NCBI GenBank assembly: GCA_964608025.1
Contig: CAZSLO010000023.1
Span: 111,312 to 175,311 of the forward strand
Origin: an uncultured Dehalococcoidia bacterium
GTDB lineage: Bacteria > Chloroflexota > Dehalococcoidia > Lucifugimonadales > CAJWER01
Reading direction: 5' to 3'
DNA: 64,000 nt
Shown: in pieces, positions 1 through 9,240 of the stretch
Numbering within the stretch: the stretch's first letter is position 1
How the letters are laid out: every line of letters begins with the position of its first letter
Position numbers and translations under genes: made by a program
Notes under the pieces: model-generated
Databases searched by the model: none
What the model was told of the DNA's origin: nothing
Seen by the model: the letters and a program-made list of their open reading frames with translations, nothing else

Positions 1-467
1 CCTCAGATTTAGTGCGGATAACTACAGAAGTCCTCCAGGAATTATTAAAACGCGTTTCAGCAGAGGTTACGATCACTCTGAAACAAGCGCACAGAGAAGA
101 TGTTGGTGGCCCGGTATTTGATATTGATGGTGAAGATGCAGGCTTGCTTATCGGTAGACGTGGTGAGACGTTGAGGGCGCTCCAATTTATGGTCAATTCC
201 CTAGTTTCACGCAGGATGGAAGAGCGGGTAAATATCTTAGTTGATGTCGCAGGGTATCAACAACGTCGGCATGATTTTCTTACGACATTGGCTGCAAGGA
301 TCGCTAAAACAGTTGGTTCGAGTGGTCGACCGATAGCACTAGAACCAATGCCACCAAATGAACGTCGGATTGTCCATCTCTCACTTGCAGATTATGGGAG
401 AGTCAAGACCAGCAGTACTGGTGTTGGTGAGGAACGTAAGGTGGTTGTAGAGCCTAATGTTGAATAA
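1..467 (+). CDS. jag: RNA-binding protein Jag/KhpB, KH + R3H part (5' end cut by window edge)
   Basis: Frame is open to position 1 with no upstream stop. KH-like GRRGETLRALQ and R3H-like ERRIVH motifs. Confidence 0.8.
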   Translation, partial: SDLVRITTEVLQELLKRVSAEVTITLKQAHREDVGGPVFDIDGEDAGLLIGRRGETLRALQFMVNSLVSRRMEERVNILVDVAGYQQRRHDFLTTLAARIAKTVGSSGRPIALEPMPPNERRIVHLSLADYGRVKTSSTGVGEERKVVVEPNVE

Positions 468-497
468 CCACTATTATTATAATTAAGGGTTATACAT

Positions 498-1307
498 GTG
501 ACCCCTGAGTTATTGGCTATTGGTCACGTTACCAATGATATTTCCGAAAATCATACAATTATTGGTGGATCATCTTCATATGCGGCAATCACGGCTTCAA
601 GATTAGGACTTACTACCGCTATCGTAACTAGCGCTCGTCCTGATGTGGCAGATAAATTGTCCATTGACTATCACTTAGTCCCATCGGTGTCCACTACTAC
701 CTTTCGCAACGTCTACCAAGATGGGAAAAGAACACAGTCTGTAGAAACCGTTGCGCATCGCATTGGTGTGAATGACGTTCCTGCTGAGTGGCGAACTGCA
801 CCTATTGTTCTCCTCGCACCAGTAGCAGGCGAAATTGATTATGAGGTAGCTCGGATTTTTCCTGAGTCATTGGTGGTGGTTTTACTTCAAGGATGGCTTA
901 GAGATTGGAACGATAAGGGGATAATCTCTCCTCGCCAGTGGAATGGCTTGGAGGTCCTCCCATATGTGGATGCGGCAGTGGTGTCTACAGAGGACCCAGT
1001 TAATTGCCGAGAAATTGATATTTGGGCCCAGACGGTCCCATCTCTTATAGTTACAAATGGAGAAAATGGGGCTAGGCTTCACACAAGGGATATATGGCAC
1101 AAGGTCCCTTCTTTTGATGCCGAAGAGATTGATCCAACGGGAGCAGGTGACGTTTTTGGAACTGCATACGCAGCCAGGTTTTTCGAGACTGGTGATGAAT
1201 TGAAATCAGCTCTGTTTGCCAGTGCTGCTGCGAGTATATCCGTCCGAGGAAAAGGCCTTACTGCGATACCTGTTAGGGAGAAGATTGATCGTTTACTTGG
1301 ACAATAG
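498..1307 (+). CDS. PfkB-family carbohydrate/ribokinase-like kinase
   Basis: GTG start. N-terminal GGSSSYAA pattern and C-terminal DPTGAGDVFGTAY PfkB signature. Confidence 0.75.
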   Translation: MTPELLAIGHVTNDISENHTIIGGSSSYAAITASRLGLTTAIVTSARPDVADKLSIDYHLVPSVSTTTFRNVYQDGKRTQSVETVAHRIGVNDVPAEWRTAPIVLLAPVAGEIDYEVARIFPESLVVVLLQGWLRDWNDKGIISPRQWNGLEVLPYVDAAVVSTEDPVNCREIDIWAQTVPSLIVTNGENGARLHTRDIWHKVPSFDAEEIDPTGAGDVFGTAYAARFFETGDELKSALFASAAASISVRGKGLTAIPVREKIDRLLGQ

Positions 1308-1546
1308 GTAAAAATATCATCTAAGATTTGTCTGGTGACAATATAAAACTCTTTTGGGCCTGTTGCCAATTGGCTTATGAGATGGCCGTGATCAGCAAAG
1401 CTGATTTATAGTCTTATGGAGATCAGAAAGCAGGGTAATATACATACTTCAACATTGGCTAGATCGTATATTGCATCTTACCATGCTGACCGGTCTTTTA
1501 GAGCCGTACAACAGGACTATAGTTCAAGGGATGGAGAATTTAGGAG

Positions 1547-2626
1547 ATGACATCGATGTCGAACAAAGATATCCCATTCGCAGCGGGGGTCGTCGGCAGC
1601 CTGCCTCGACCGCAGGCAGTAGTTGACATGCTGCCTCTCCATCCGGGTGAAGAATCCGCAATAGCAGCAAGATCTAGGCAGATCGATTCGGCTGTTAGTT
1701 ACGCAATTGCTCTCCAAGAAACAGCTGGTTTGGACCAGATAAGCGATGGAGAATGGCGACGCCATGCCTACACACATATCATCGCTGATATTGCCACCGG
1801 TTTCTCGGCCGATGATCGTGAGAAGCCTAGGCGATGGGGTATCACCATAACAGAGCCTATGGAAATTCGCGATTCAGGTCTGGCCGCCCGAGAAGCCCAA
1901 TACTTGGTGAATTCTACTGATCGTATGACCAAGGTATGTCTACCATCCCCATATTTGCTAGGAGAACGGCTTTGGGAGAAGGAGTGGTCTTCTAAGGCGT
2001 ATCCAACGCGGGATTCTTTCATAGATGCGCTTGTCCCTATTTTACGTAGAGAGATAAATGCGCTTGTGGATACTGGTGTGACCGTGATTCAGATAGATGA
2101 GCCTCATCTGTGTGTATTAGTTGACCCGGATATAAGAAATAGATTTGTTGATCCTCAATATGAGATGGATCTGGCTGCGGATAAGATTAACGAGGTCATT
2201 TCCGGCATTAATGGTGTTCGGTTAGCCTTGCATCTTTGCCGCAGAAATTGGGGACGGTCTGGCTGGGGTGCCAGGGGAGGATACGGTCCTATCATAGAGA
2301 CTATGAAGAAGATTGAGGTCGATCAGTATGTGATGGAGTTCAGCATACCGGCTGCAGGGGATGTTGCTATATTAAAAGAGTTGCCCGAAGATTCGCTTAT
2401 CGGTCTTGGTGCTGTTGAGTGTCGATTCGAACATATTGATACTCCTGAAGAGATAGTCGACAGGGTCGAAGAGGCTTTGAAATACATCGAGCCTGAACGG
2501 ATCAGCCTTAATCCTGACTGTGGCTTCTCTCCTGGACGTATAGCATACGCGCCCTTGGAAGAGGCCTATTCCAAGCTAAGGAACGAGACAGAGGCTGCAA
2601 GACGGCTAAGGGATAAGTATGCTTAG
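1547..2626 (+). CDS. Cobalamin-independent methionine synthase catalytic-domain-only protein (core-MetE-like, Meth_synt_2)
   Basis: 359 aa, about half of full MetE. Zn-ligand-like HLC and NPDCGF motifs, plus a DEP motif in IQIDEPHL. Confidence 0.75.
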   Translation: MTSMSNKDIPFAAGVVGSLPRPQAVVDMLPLHPGEESAIAARSRQIDSAVSYAIALQETAGLDQISDGEWRRHAYTHIIADIATGFSADDREKPRRWGITITEPMEIRDSGLAAREAQYLVNSTDRMTKVCLPSPYLLGERLWEKEWSSKAYPTRDSFIDALVPILRREINALVDTGVTVIQIDEPHLCVLVDPDIRNRFVDPQYEMDLAADKINEVISGINGVRLALHLCRRNWGRSGWGARGGYGPIIETMKKIEVDQYVMEFSIPAAGDVAILKELPEDSLIGLGAVECRFEHIDTPEEIVDRVEEALKYIEPERISLNPDCGFSPGRIAYAPLEEAYSKLRNETEAARRLRDKYA

Positions 2627-2822
2627 TAGCGCTCCCTTTATGGCGTCCAGCGATGGAGAAACTAGGAGATCCTTTGCTGGCAAATTTTCAGGATGTGCTG
2701 TTTTTGGATTGACGAAAACTTAAGGCCAAGTTTTAGATTGGTTGGTTATCAAACAGGCTGATTTTGAGAACGACCGTTGGATACCAAACTGGCCTCCCTT
2801 GGGAAATAGGCTTTTTGGGTCG

Positions 2823-3035
2823 TTATCGTGGGCGAGGAGAGTGGTTGGCTCCACTTGCGATCGGTTCGTTGAGATATACATCGCCGTTGCGTATTTTGAT
2901 ATTGAAGCCACAGTCTGGATTACTACAAACCCAGGCCTTGTAGTGTAAAGAAGCTCCTTGGCCTCCGAAATCGGATAGTGGCAATAGGCTTCCATTCTCA
3001 CATCCCCGGCATTCTGGCCAGCTATAGTTCGCCAA
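2823..3035 (-). CDS. Small zinc-ribbon protein (CxxC ... CxxxxC), hypothetical
   Basis: ORF runs 2823..3068. An internal TTG at 3035 is preceded by GGAGGA plus a 6-nt spacer. Cys pairs are PECRGC and CSNPDC. Confidence 0.4.
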   Translation of the reverse strand: MANYSWPECRGCENGSLLPLSDFGGQGASLHYKAWVCSNPDCGFNIKIRNGDVYLNEPIASGANHSPRPR

Positions 3036-3122
3036 TCTAGATCCTCCGATTTTATTTATTGGTTCCAATTATCTAGTATTAAGTTTGCACTAATCACTAA
3101 TATAGTAACAGGAAGACCAATA

Positions 3123-3749
3123 TCAAAGAATCTTGGCGAAGATAGATCTTGATCGAGGTATATATTCAGATCCTCTAGGACTAAGGATACTTTGGACAAG
3201 AGTAATCGATTTTACTGGGATCGCGATCTTGCTGATGGACGTACTTGTGCCAATTTGTTTCAAGCTTTGGAGATGATCAGGTGAAAGTCTATGGGCTTTG
3301 AAACGAGCTATCGTCAGATGTGGGTGATAAGGACGTTTATCAATCGGAAATCCAAGGTTGGCTAGTCCGGAATCGAGGTCTTTCTTGAGGGCTGTAAGTC
3401 GACCTGATTCATCCCTTATTCGAGCCCAGAATATACGAGGTCGTTGGGGATCGGGGAGTGCCATTATATTTCCGGTCATGAGTTCGAATGCCGGATGAGT
3501 TTCTGTAACTTGGTCCATTACCCCAGCTATATCTCCAACTAGAGATTCTGGGGAATTCCCGATGAACTTCAAAGTGAGATGTATGGTACTGGACCTAGCA
3601 ACACGCAATCCGGCAATATCAGCTTGACGAAGATAGCGCAAAGATTTTTCAAGATCTCCAATAATCTCGTCCGACAGGTCTATTGCGATGAAGGCCCTAA
3701 CAACTGGATCTATCGATCGTTCAGTTGGGAGGGACATATTTGATTCCAT
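3123..3749 (-). CDS. thpR: RNA 2',3'-cyclic phosphodiesterase / 2'-5' RNA ligase (2H phosphoesterase, ThpR/LigT)
   Basis: Two HxT motifs, IHLTLKF and HPHLTIARF, at typical spacing. About 200 aa. Confidence 0.8.
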   Translation of the reverse strand: MESNMSLPTERSIDPVVRAFIAIDLSDEIIGDLEKSLRYLRQADIAGLRVARSSTIHLTLKFIGNSPESLVGDIAGVMDQVTETHPAFELMTGNIMALPDPQRPRIFWARIRDESGRLTALKKDLDSGLANLGFPIDKRPYHPHLTIARFKAHRLSPDHLQSLKQIGTSTSISKIAIPVKSITLVQSILSPRGSEYIPRSRSIFAKIL

Positions 3750-3902
3750 AGATCAGTGGCCATTCTTTGATTTTTGGGAAGTAAAAATTGCTGATGCGGG
3801 GAAATAGTCAGGGTGATATTTGTAATGGTCTATTGCTGAGTTGGATCTCCGATGCAATAATTGGACACGATTCTAACGCTTGTTTAACTGGAAAAACAGT
3901 AA

Positions 3903-4163
3903 GTGGCCAACGATGAAATAATCGGCATGCAAGACATGCATGTGATTTATCAGGTAACTGATCTTTTCGGGATCGACCGGGAGACTATCAGTGTCCCTCT
4001 TGATAAAAATGGAGAGGGGTCTATTGTCATGCAGAAAGATGGAATTCTAGAAATCATTGTACCTGTAGAAAAAGCTTTCAGAGATTGGCCAACAAGACTC
4101 AGGGAAGCACTTCTAGACCTCGGGTACACGGAACAGGATGATTTGGAAGAATGGAATAGCTGA
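3903..4163 (+). CDS. Hypothetical 86-aa acidic protein
   Basis: GTG-start ORF. Its stop lies 1 nt before the ATG of the FIST gene. No recognisable motif. Confidence 0.45.
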   Translation: MANDEIIGMQDMHVIYQVTDLFGIDRETISVPLDKNGEGSIVMQKDGILEIIVPVEKAFRDWPTRLREALLDLGYTEQDDLEEWNS

Positions 4164-4164
4164 C

Positions 4165-5331
4165 ATGCGATGGAAATCGGCAGTGTCGGAACTACGATCT
4201 TTACCGGATGCCATTGCTCAGTGTGCAGATGAAGTCGACAGTGATCCTGACCTCGTGGTGGTTTTCGTTTCCGCTCATTTCGAGGCTGTCTTGGACCTCG
4301 TTCCATCACTGATAAGAACGCATATTGGAGACTCAGTAACGTTGGGTTGTTTGGGAGGAGGGGTGATAGGCGCAGGACGGGAAATAGAAGGTCGGCCTGG
4401 TGTAGCTATCTCGACCGCACTTTTCCACGACGTTGGAATAGTCCCATTTTATATCCAAGAAGAGATTCTTCCTGATGGCGATGCTTCCCCGGATGCTTGG
4501 GAAACCCTCGTAGGCGTCGAGGGTTCATCTGGCCCGAGCTTGATGATGCTGACGTCTCCTTTTAATTTTGATACAGATAAACTCATAGCAGGCCTCGATT
4601 TCGCTTTCCCTTCATCTCCCAAAATAGGGGGAATAGCTAGTGGATCGACCGGTACAGGACAGAATCTACTGTTTGATGGAAACCACGTTTATGATCGAGG
4701 TGCCTTAGGGATTGCACTAAAGGGCAACGTGACTATCGATACAGTTGTAGCCCAGGGATGTCGGCCTATTGGCGATGCGATGCAAATAACGGCTTGCCAA
4801 GGTAATGTCCTTTATGAACTCGATGGGGATAGTCCTATCGACATTCTTAATGTTCTTTATCAAAATCTGGGAAAGAGAGATCAACAGTTAGCCCGCCACT
4901 CCTTATTTATCGGCATGGTAATGGATCCATTTAATGACGATCCTAAACTAGGGGACTTCCTGATTCGGAATATCTTAGGCGCTGATAAAGATCAAGGAGC
5001 CTTGGCAATTAGCGAGATGCTTAGCGATGGACAGACAGTGCAATTCCATTTACGTGACGCGGAGGCTTCATCTTATGACCTTGATGCTATGTTGACCAAG
5101 TATGCTATCGAGAAACCAATATATGAAGAAACCGGTGCTATGCTCTTTTCTTGTCTTGGCCGTGGTGAATATCTATATGGTCGTCCGGATCATGACACAG
5201 ATATGTTTAGAGAAAAAATCAACGCAATGCCGCTGACCGGTTTTTTTTGCAATGGTGAGATCGGCCCTGTTGGAGGAACCACATTTATGCACGGGTATAC
5301 TAGTTCTTTTGGTATATTCCGGTCGAGATAA
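4165..5331 (+). CDS. FIST (FIST_N + FIST_C) sensory-domain protein
   Basis: N-terminal LVVVFVSAHF pattern and C-terminal GFFCNGEIGPVGG...FMHGYT FIST_C signature. ATG at 4165 chosen over the upstream in-frame ATG at 4138. Confidence 0.8.
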   Translation: MRWKSAVSELRSLPDAIAQCADEVDSDPDLVVVFVSAHFEAVLDLVPSLIRTHIGDSVTLGCLGGGVIGAGREIEGRPGVAISTALFHDVGIVPFYIQEEILPDGDASPDAWETLVGVEGSSGPSLMMLTSPFNFDTDKLIAGLDFAFPSSPKIGGIASGSTGTGQNLLFDGNHVYDRGALGIALKGNVTIDTVVAQGCRPIGDAMQITACQGNVLYELDGDSPIDILNVLYQNLGKRDQQLARHSLFIGMVMDPFNDDPKLGDFLIRNILGADKDQGALAISEMLSDGQTVQFHLRDAEASSYDLDAMLTKYAIEKPIYEETGAMLFSCLGRGEYLYGRPDHDTDMFREKINAMPLTGFFCNGEIGPVGGTTFMHGYTSSFGIFRSR

Positions 5332-5432
5332 ATCGGCATGACCCATGGAGTGCCTGTCGCAGATATGTTTCCTTCCACCCCAAACACAATCTCAGTTTTT
5401 CTGCCAGGTTCTAGTTGTTTCCTAGCATTGGG

Positions 5433-6296
5433 TTAAATGAAAAATGATTCATTGATTCCCAGTAGCTTGGCTGCATTAGAGCCAATTATCGCGTTGCGGT
5501 CGGGGTCGGATAGGCCAGCTTCTTGGATCTGATCAAGTAGTCGGCCAATTTGGATGATGGGATAGTCGCTCCCAAGCAAGATGCTTCCGGACCCGACTAG
5601 GGACACTCCTGATTTGAAGACCTTAAGGTCATATAGAAACGGAGATGCTGCAGTATCGAAGTAGACATTCGATAGAGCCTCCTTAATCTCCGGCATCAGG
5701 GAGTAAAACAGTAGTCCTCCACCCCAGTGAGCACATACTATTTTCACATCCGGGTATCTTGTGATGAAGCGCATAAGTATCTCGGGTGTTGTCCTGCCTT
5801 TTCCTGGATAAATGTGTCCCACCGGTTCGGATGAATGAGTAGTTACGATTAAATCTCTTTCTTGAACGACCTCCATAAGTGTTCCCATTATGCGATAGTC
5901 TCCAAGATCGAAATCTTGGGAATCTGGGTGCAATTCCCCTATGCCTTTTAATCCCGCTAAGGCACATCGGTCTGCTTCACGTGCCGCCTCTTGGCCCCAC
6001 TTTGGATTCACGCCCGCAAATCCGGTCAACCGGGTCGGGAATCGACGCACGGATTCGATCAGATAATCGTTGACGTCATAGGCAAGGCCGGGATCGGTCC
6101 ACCCTATACCCATCACGACTGCATGGTCTATGCCATCCTCATCCATAGCAAGTATTAGTTCATCGGCAGTAGACATTCGCACATTTCGATCGGGGAATAA
6201 TTGCGCGAATGTATTGTCCCGGCCGAGATATTTTAGACGGTTTTGCTGAAGCCAGTCTGGGTAAATATGGGTATGGAAATCAATGACAGGGGGCAA
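5433..6296 (-). CDS. Amidohydrolase_2-family metal-dependent hydrolase (TIM barrel)
   Basis: N-terminal IDFHTHIYP metal-binding motif, 287 aa. Confidence 0.75.
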   Translation of the reverse strand: MPPVIDFHTHIYPDWLQQNRLKYLGRDNTFAQLFPDRNVRMSTADELILAMDEDGIDHAVVMGIGWTDPGLAYDVNDYLIESVRRFPTRLTGFAGVNPKWGQEAAREADRCALAGLKGIGELHPDSQDFDLGDYRIMGTLMEVVQERDLIVTTHSSEPVGHIYPGKGRTTPEILMRFITRYPDVKIVCAHWGGGLLFYSLMPEIKEALSNVYFDTAASPFLYDLKVFKSGVSLVGSGSILLGSDYPIIQIGRLLDQIQEAGLSDPDRNAIIGSNAAKLLGINESFFI

Positions 6297-6308
6297 AGAT
6301 ATTGGCCA

Positions 6309-7829
6309 TTAGTTGGTGATGGTGTTTCCCCATTCGTCTGAAAGCTTGTCCTCGGACATTTCTTCTTCTGGAGTCTTACGTCTAAATAGGGCGAAAATTG
6401 TCTCAACTAGCGTGAGTAATCGATCCCAGATCCACAAAGCCATAAATGCAGCTGGTGGGGCATAAACTGGCATTAAGGAGAGCCTGTATTCATTTGCTGG
6501 CCAAGTTGCGAAGACGATGACGAGGTATACCAGGACAACCAGAAATAGGTATGCCCAAGGCCTGAGCTCGGCATCACGGAAGAACAATACGAGTCCTCCA
6601 ACGCCGGCAAGCATCACGAGAAAATAAATTAGCTTGAATGCCATGATATGGGCGAAAGCAAGCCGTGGTCCTTTGTCAGAGAAGTGTAATATCAGACTGC
6701 TGTCGGGTCTTAGATCAAGCCCTGTAGGTTTTTTGGTGACTTGCTGAGATAGGAATTCCTCAAGAGAGTTCCTATCCTTATCCCCAAAGAAGACGGCTGC
6801 TGCGGCGTGGGGATAATCGAGAAAAAGGACAGGTATTTGCTGCAGGATGATCACTGCCGCACGTGCTGGATCTTTGAGAACCTGCTGTGTTGAGTCGGAG
6901 ACCGATGGTGATCTCTGGTCTTTCTCCGGCCGGTTCGCCTTATTTTGTTCTAAGTCTAATTGAAGCTGGTCTACTGCTTTTTTGAAATCGGTCCCATCTC
7001 GTTTTGCGATTAGTGCGGGGATAAACCGTTCGTATAAATGAGAGGACATACCCCCGTATTCGTAATGTCCGGATGTTGCATTGTTGCGTGCAACCCACAG
7101 GCCAACCAGTAACATTTGTAGTGAGAAAAAGGCCACAACGATCATGATAATTGCCTTGGTCGGAATCTGCCTGATAGAGAATTTATGTACTGCGATTAAA
7201 GCGATTGAAATCGCAACACCTATATAGAGAGTTGGTCCCCTTGTCAGGGTTGCCAGAGCAAGTAGGATAGATCCGAGCAAAGCGATTTTAAGAGTGGCTC
7301 TTGGTGTGAATAAATTTATTGCTGCGAGGAATGATGATCCAATAAGAAGTGAATAAAGAGCAGCGGGCCCGTTTTTGTTAGCGTTGACAACCCCGGCCGG
7401 GTCGAGTGCAAATATCAATGCTGCAAGAAGACCAACCCTAGGATCTATAGTACGTCCTATAAAATAAACGATGGCGATTGTTAGCCATAACACCAGGTTA
7501 TTAAAAATTAGTGCCATTGCTGGTCGTTCACCAACTATACTGTAGATCACGACTAGTATTGATGCGTAGAATGGTGGACGTTCTGTCTCGCGCTTAATAT
7601 TCGTTTCTTCGCCCAATCCGTAGAGCCCATGGTTTTTGAAATTGGCGGCGAGTTCTGTATAAACATCTGTCGATGATAATCCGTAACTTGCATAACCGGA
7701 CTGGACGTTCGAGAAATATATTATCTGCACAATTAGTGCCAATACCAAAATAGTTATGAGCAACCATGCCTCTAAAGTTGCCAGGAAAGAGCGCAGATTC
7801 GAAATTAGTGTAGGTGAGGTGGTTACCAT
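6309..7829 (-). CDS. Polytopic membrane glycosyltransferase, GT39/ArnT/PMT-like
   Basis: 506 aa with many TM helices. An ERPPFY motif follows the first loop, typical of lipid-phosphate-sugar dependent GT-C enzymes. Confidence 0.55.
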   Translation of the reverse strand: MVTTSPTLISNLRSFLATLEAWLLITILVLALIVQIIYFSNVQSGYASYGLSSTDVYTELAANFKNHGLYGLGEETNIKRETERPPFYASILVVIYSIVGERPAMALIFNNLVLWLTIAIVYFIGRTIDPRVGLLAALIFALDPAGVVNANKNGPAALYSLLIGSSFLAAINLFTPRATLKIALLGSILLALATLTRGPTLYIGVAISIALIAVHKFSIRQIPTKAIIMIVVAFFSLQMLLVGLWVARNNATSGHYEYGGMSSHLYERFIPALIAKRDGTDFKKAVDQLQLDLEQNKANRPEKDQRSPSVSDSTQQVLKDPARAAVIILQQIPVLFLDYPHAAAAVFFGDKDRNSLEEFLSQQVTKKPTGLDLRPDSSLILHFSDKGPRLAFAHIMAFKLIYFLVMLAGVGGLVLFFRDAELRPWAYLFLVVLVYLVIVFATWPANEYRLSLMPVYAPPAAFMALWIWDRLLTLVETIFALFRRKTPEEEMSEDKLSDEWGNTITN

Positions 7830-8103
7830 GATTAATAGGCTAACAGGCTGCAGTTGTTCATAGTGAAATATGGCATGGTTCAGCTATGTGTCGGAATTTC
7901 TCCAAGGATTTGCAAGATTTATTTAGACGGCAGCATTTGTTGTGATCACATCTCAATTCTCTCATATTAATAAACGTGGGAATGCCGTGCACATTTAGAG
8001 AAGATAAAAATTTCCAATAATGTCTGAGACGTTATGATGGTCTCGTGGTTCGGACGGATTCAGAATTATGGGCAATACCCTAGTTGCTGAAACTCTTTCG
8101 TGG

Positions 8104-9240
8104 CTACTCCAATCTTTCGATTCCAAGGATCCCTGGGCCAACACCGTTGATCATCATGTCAACCGCTCGTTCTCCGGCTACTAGTCCCATCGAGTTTCCG
8201 TGGCCAGTAAAGCCTAAACAAAAATAAACACTTGGGTTATGGGGAAGTTTACCTAGGATAGGTAAACCGTCTCTGGTCATTCCATGTATTCCGGCCCACT
8301 GCCTACTAATACCAACATCTGCAGCCTCTGGATAGTAGCGTTGAATAAAATTAGATATGTATTGTTGGACGTTGTCGGTTACCTCGTCTGCCCAAGTGTG
8401 TTCCTGTTTTGCGTGCTGCCATCTTCCGCCACCAACAAGAAATCTACCATCCGGAAGCTGGCGGTAATAAGTTTGGCGATAGTTCATGCACATAACATCT
8501 AGGAATCTGGGTGCGGGTTCGGTTAGAAGGATTTGTCCTCGGGCAGGTGAGACGTAAGGAAGAAAAAATGGATCCACTAATCCGGCATACCCGTTGAGGG
8601 CTAGAATAACCTTCTCACAATAGATCACGTGGCATCGTGTCCGTACTTTTAGTCCAATTCCCTGGTTTTCAATAGCAAACAGCTCATCGTTGGTATATAA
8701 GGAGGCGCCGGAGGTGTCGGCAATTGATTGGGTAAGTTCCGCTGGATGGGTCGCAAAATCGTCCGGTTGATAAGATGCTACCCCGAAACCACGATCTAGG
8801 GGATCTTGTTCATAGAATAAAGTCTTGAACCCGTCACGTTCCAAAAGAGTAACGCTTTGTTTTAAATCTGCGTCTGATTCTGGGGTTCCCCCAAAATAGT
8901 AGGTTCCAATCTCCTCATATTGGACTTGGTGTTTCTTTGAAAGTTCCCGCATACGGCGCACGTTTGTGTCTGTCATGCGCCAAATTTCAAGGGCGGATTT
9001 GTGGCCTAGATTTTCGATAGCCTCGTTGTAGCTGTCTCGTAAGCCAAGTAACACCATGCCAGCATTGCGGCCACTTGCCCCAGATGCAGGGTGCTGTTTT
9101 TCTACGATCGCAACGTCTTTTCCAGAATCTACTAAAAGATTAGCGATGTATGAGCCGATTAGACCAGCACCTACGACGACGACTTCGTGTGTGATACTCG
9201 CTTGGCCTCCAGCGGTTTCTTGCCAGTGTGAAACACTCAT
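8104..9240 (-). CDS. FAD-dependent oxidoreductase (DAO / sarcosine-oxidase-beta-like)
   Basis: Rossmann motif VVVVGAGLIGSYIA. 378 aa. Its start overlaps the stop of the upstream amidohydrolase by 4 nt. Confidence 0.8.
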   Translation of the reverse strand: MSVSHWQETAGGQASITHEVVVVGAGLIGSYIANLLVDSGKDVAIVEKQHPASGASGRNAGMVLLGLRDSYNEAIENLGHKSALEIWRMTDTNVRRMRELSKKHQVQYEEIGTYYFGGTPESDADLKQSVTLLERDGFKTLFYEQDPLDRGFGVASYQPDDFATHPAELTQSIADTSGASLYTNDELFAIENQGIGLKVRTRCHVIYCEKVILALNGYAGLVDPFFLPYVSPARGQILLTEPAPRFLDVMCMNYRQTYYRQLPDGRFLVGGGRWQHAKQEHTWADEVTDNVQQYISNFIQRYYPEAADVGISRQWAGIHGMTRDGLPILGKLPHNPSVYFCLGFTGHGNSMGLVAGERAVDMMINGVGPGILGIERLE

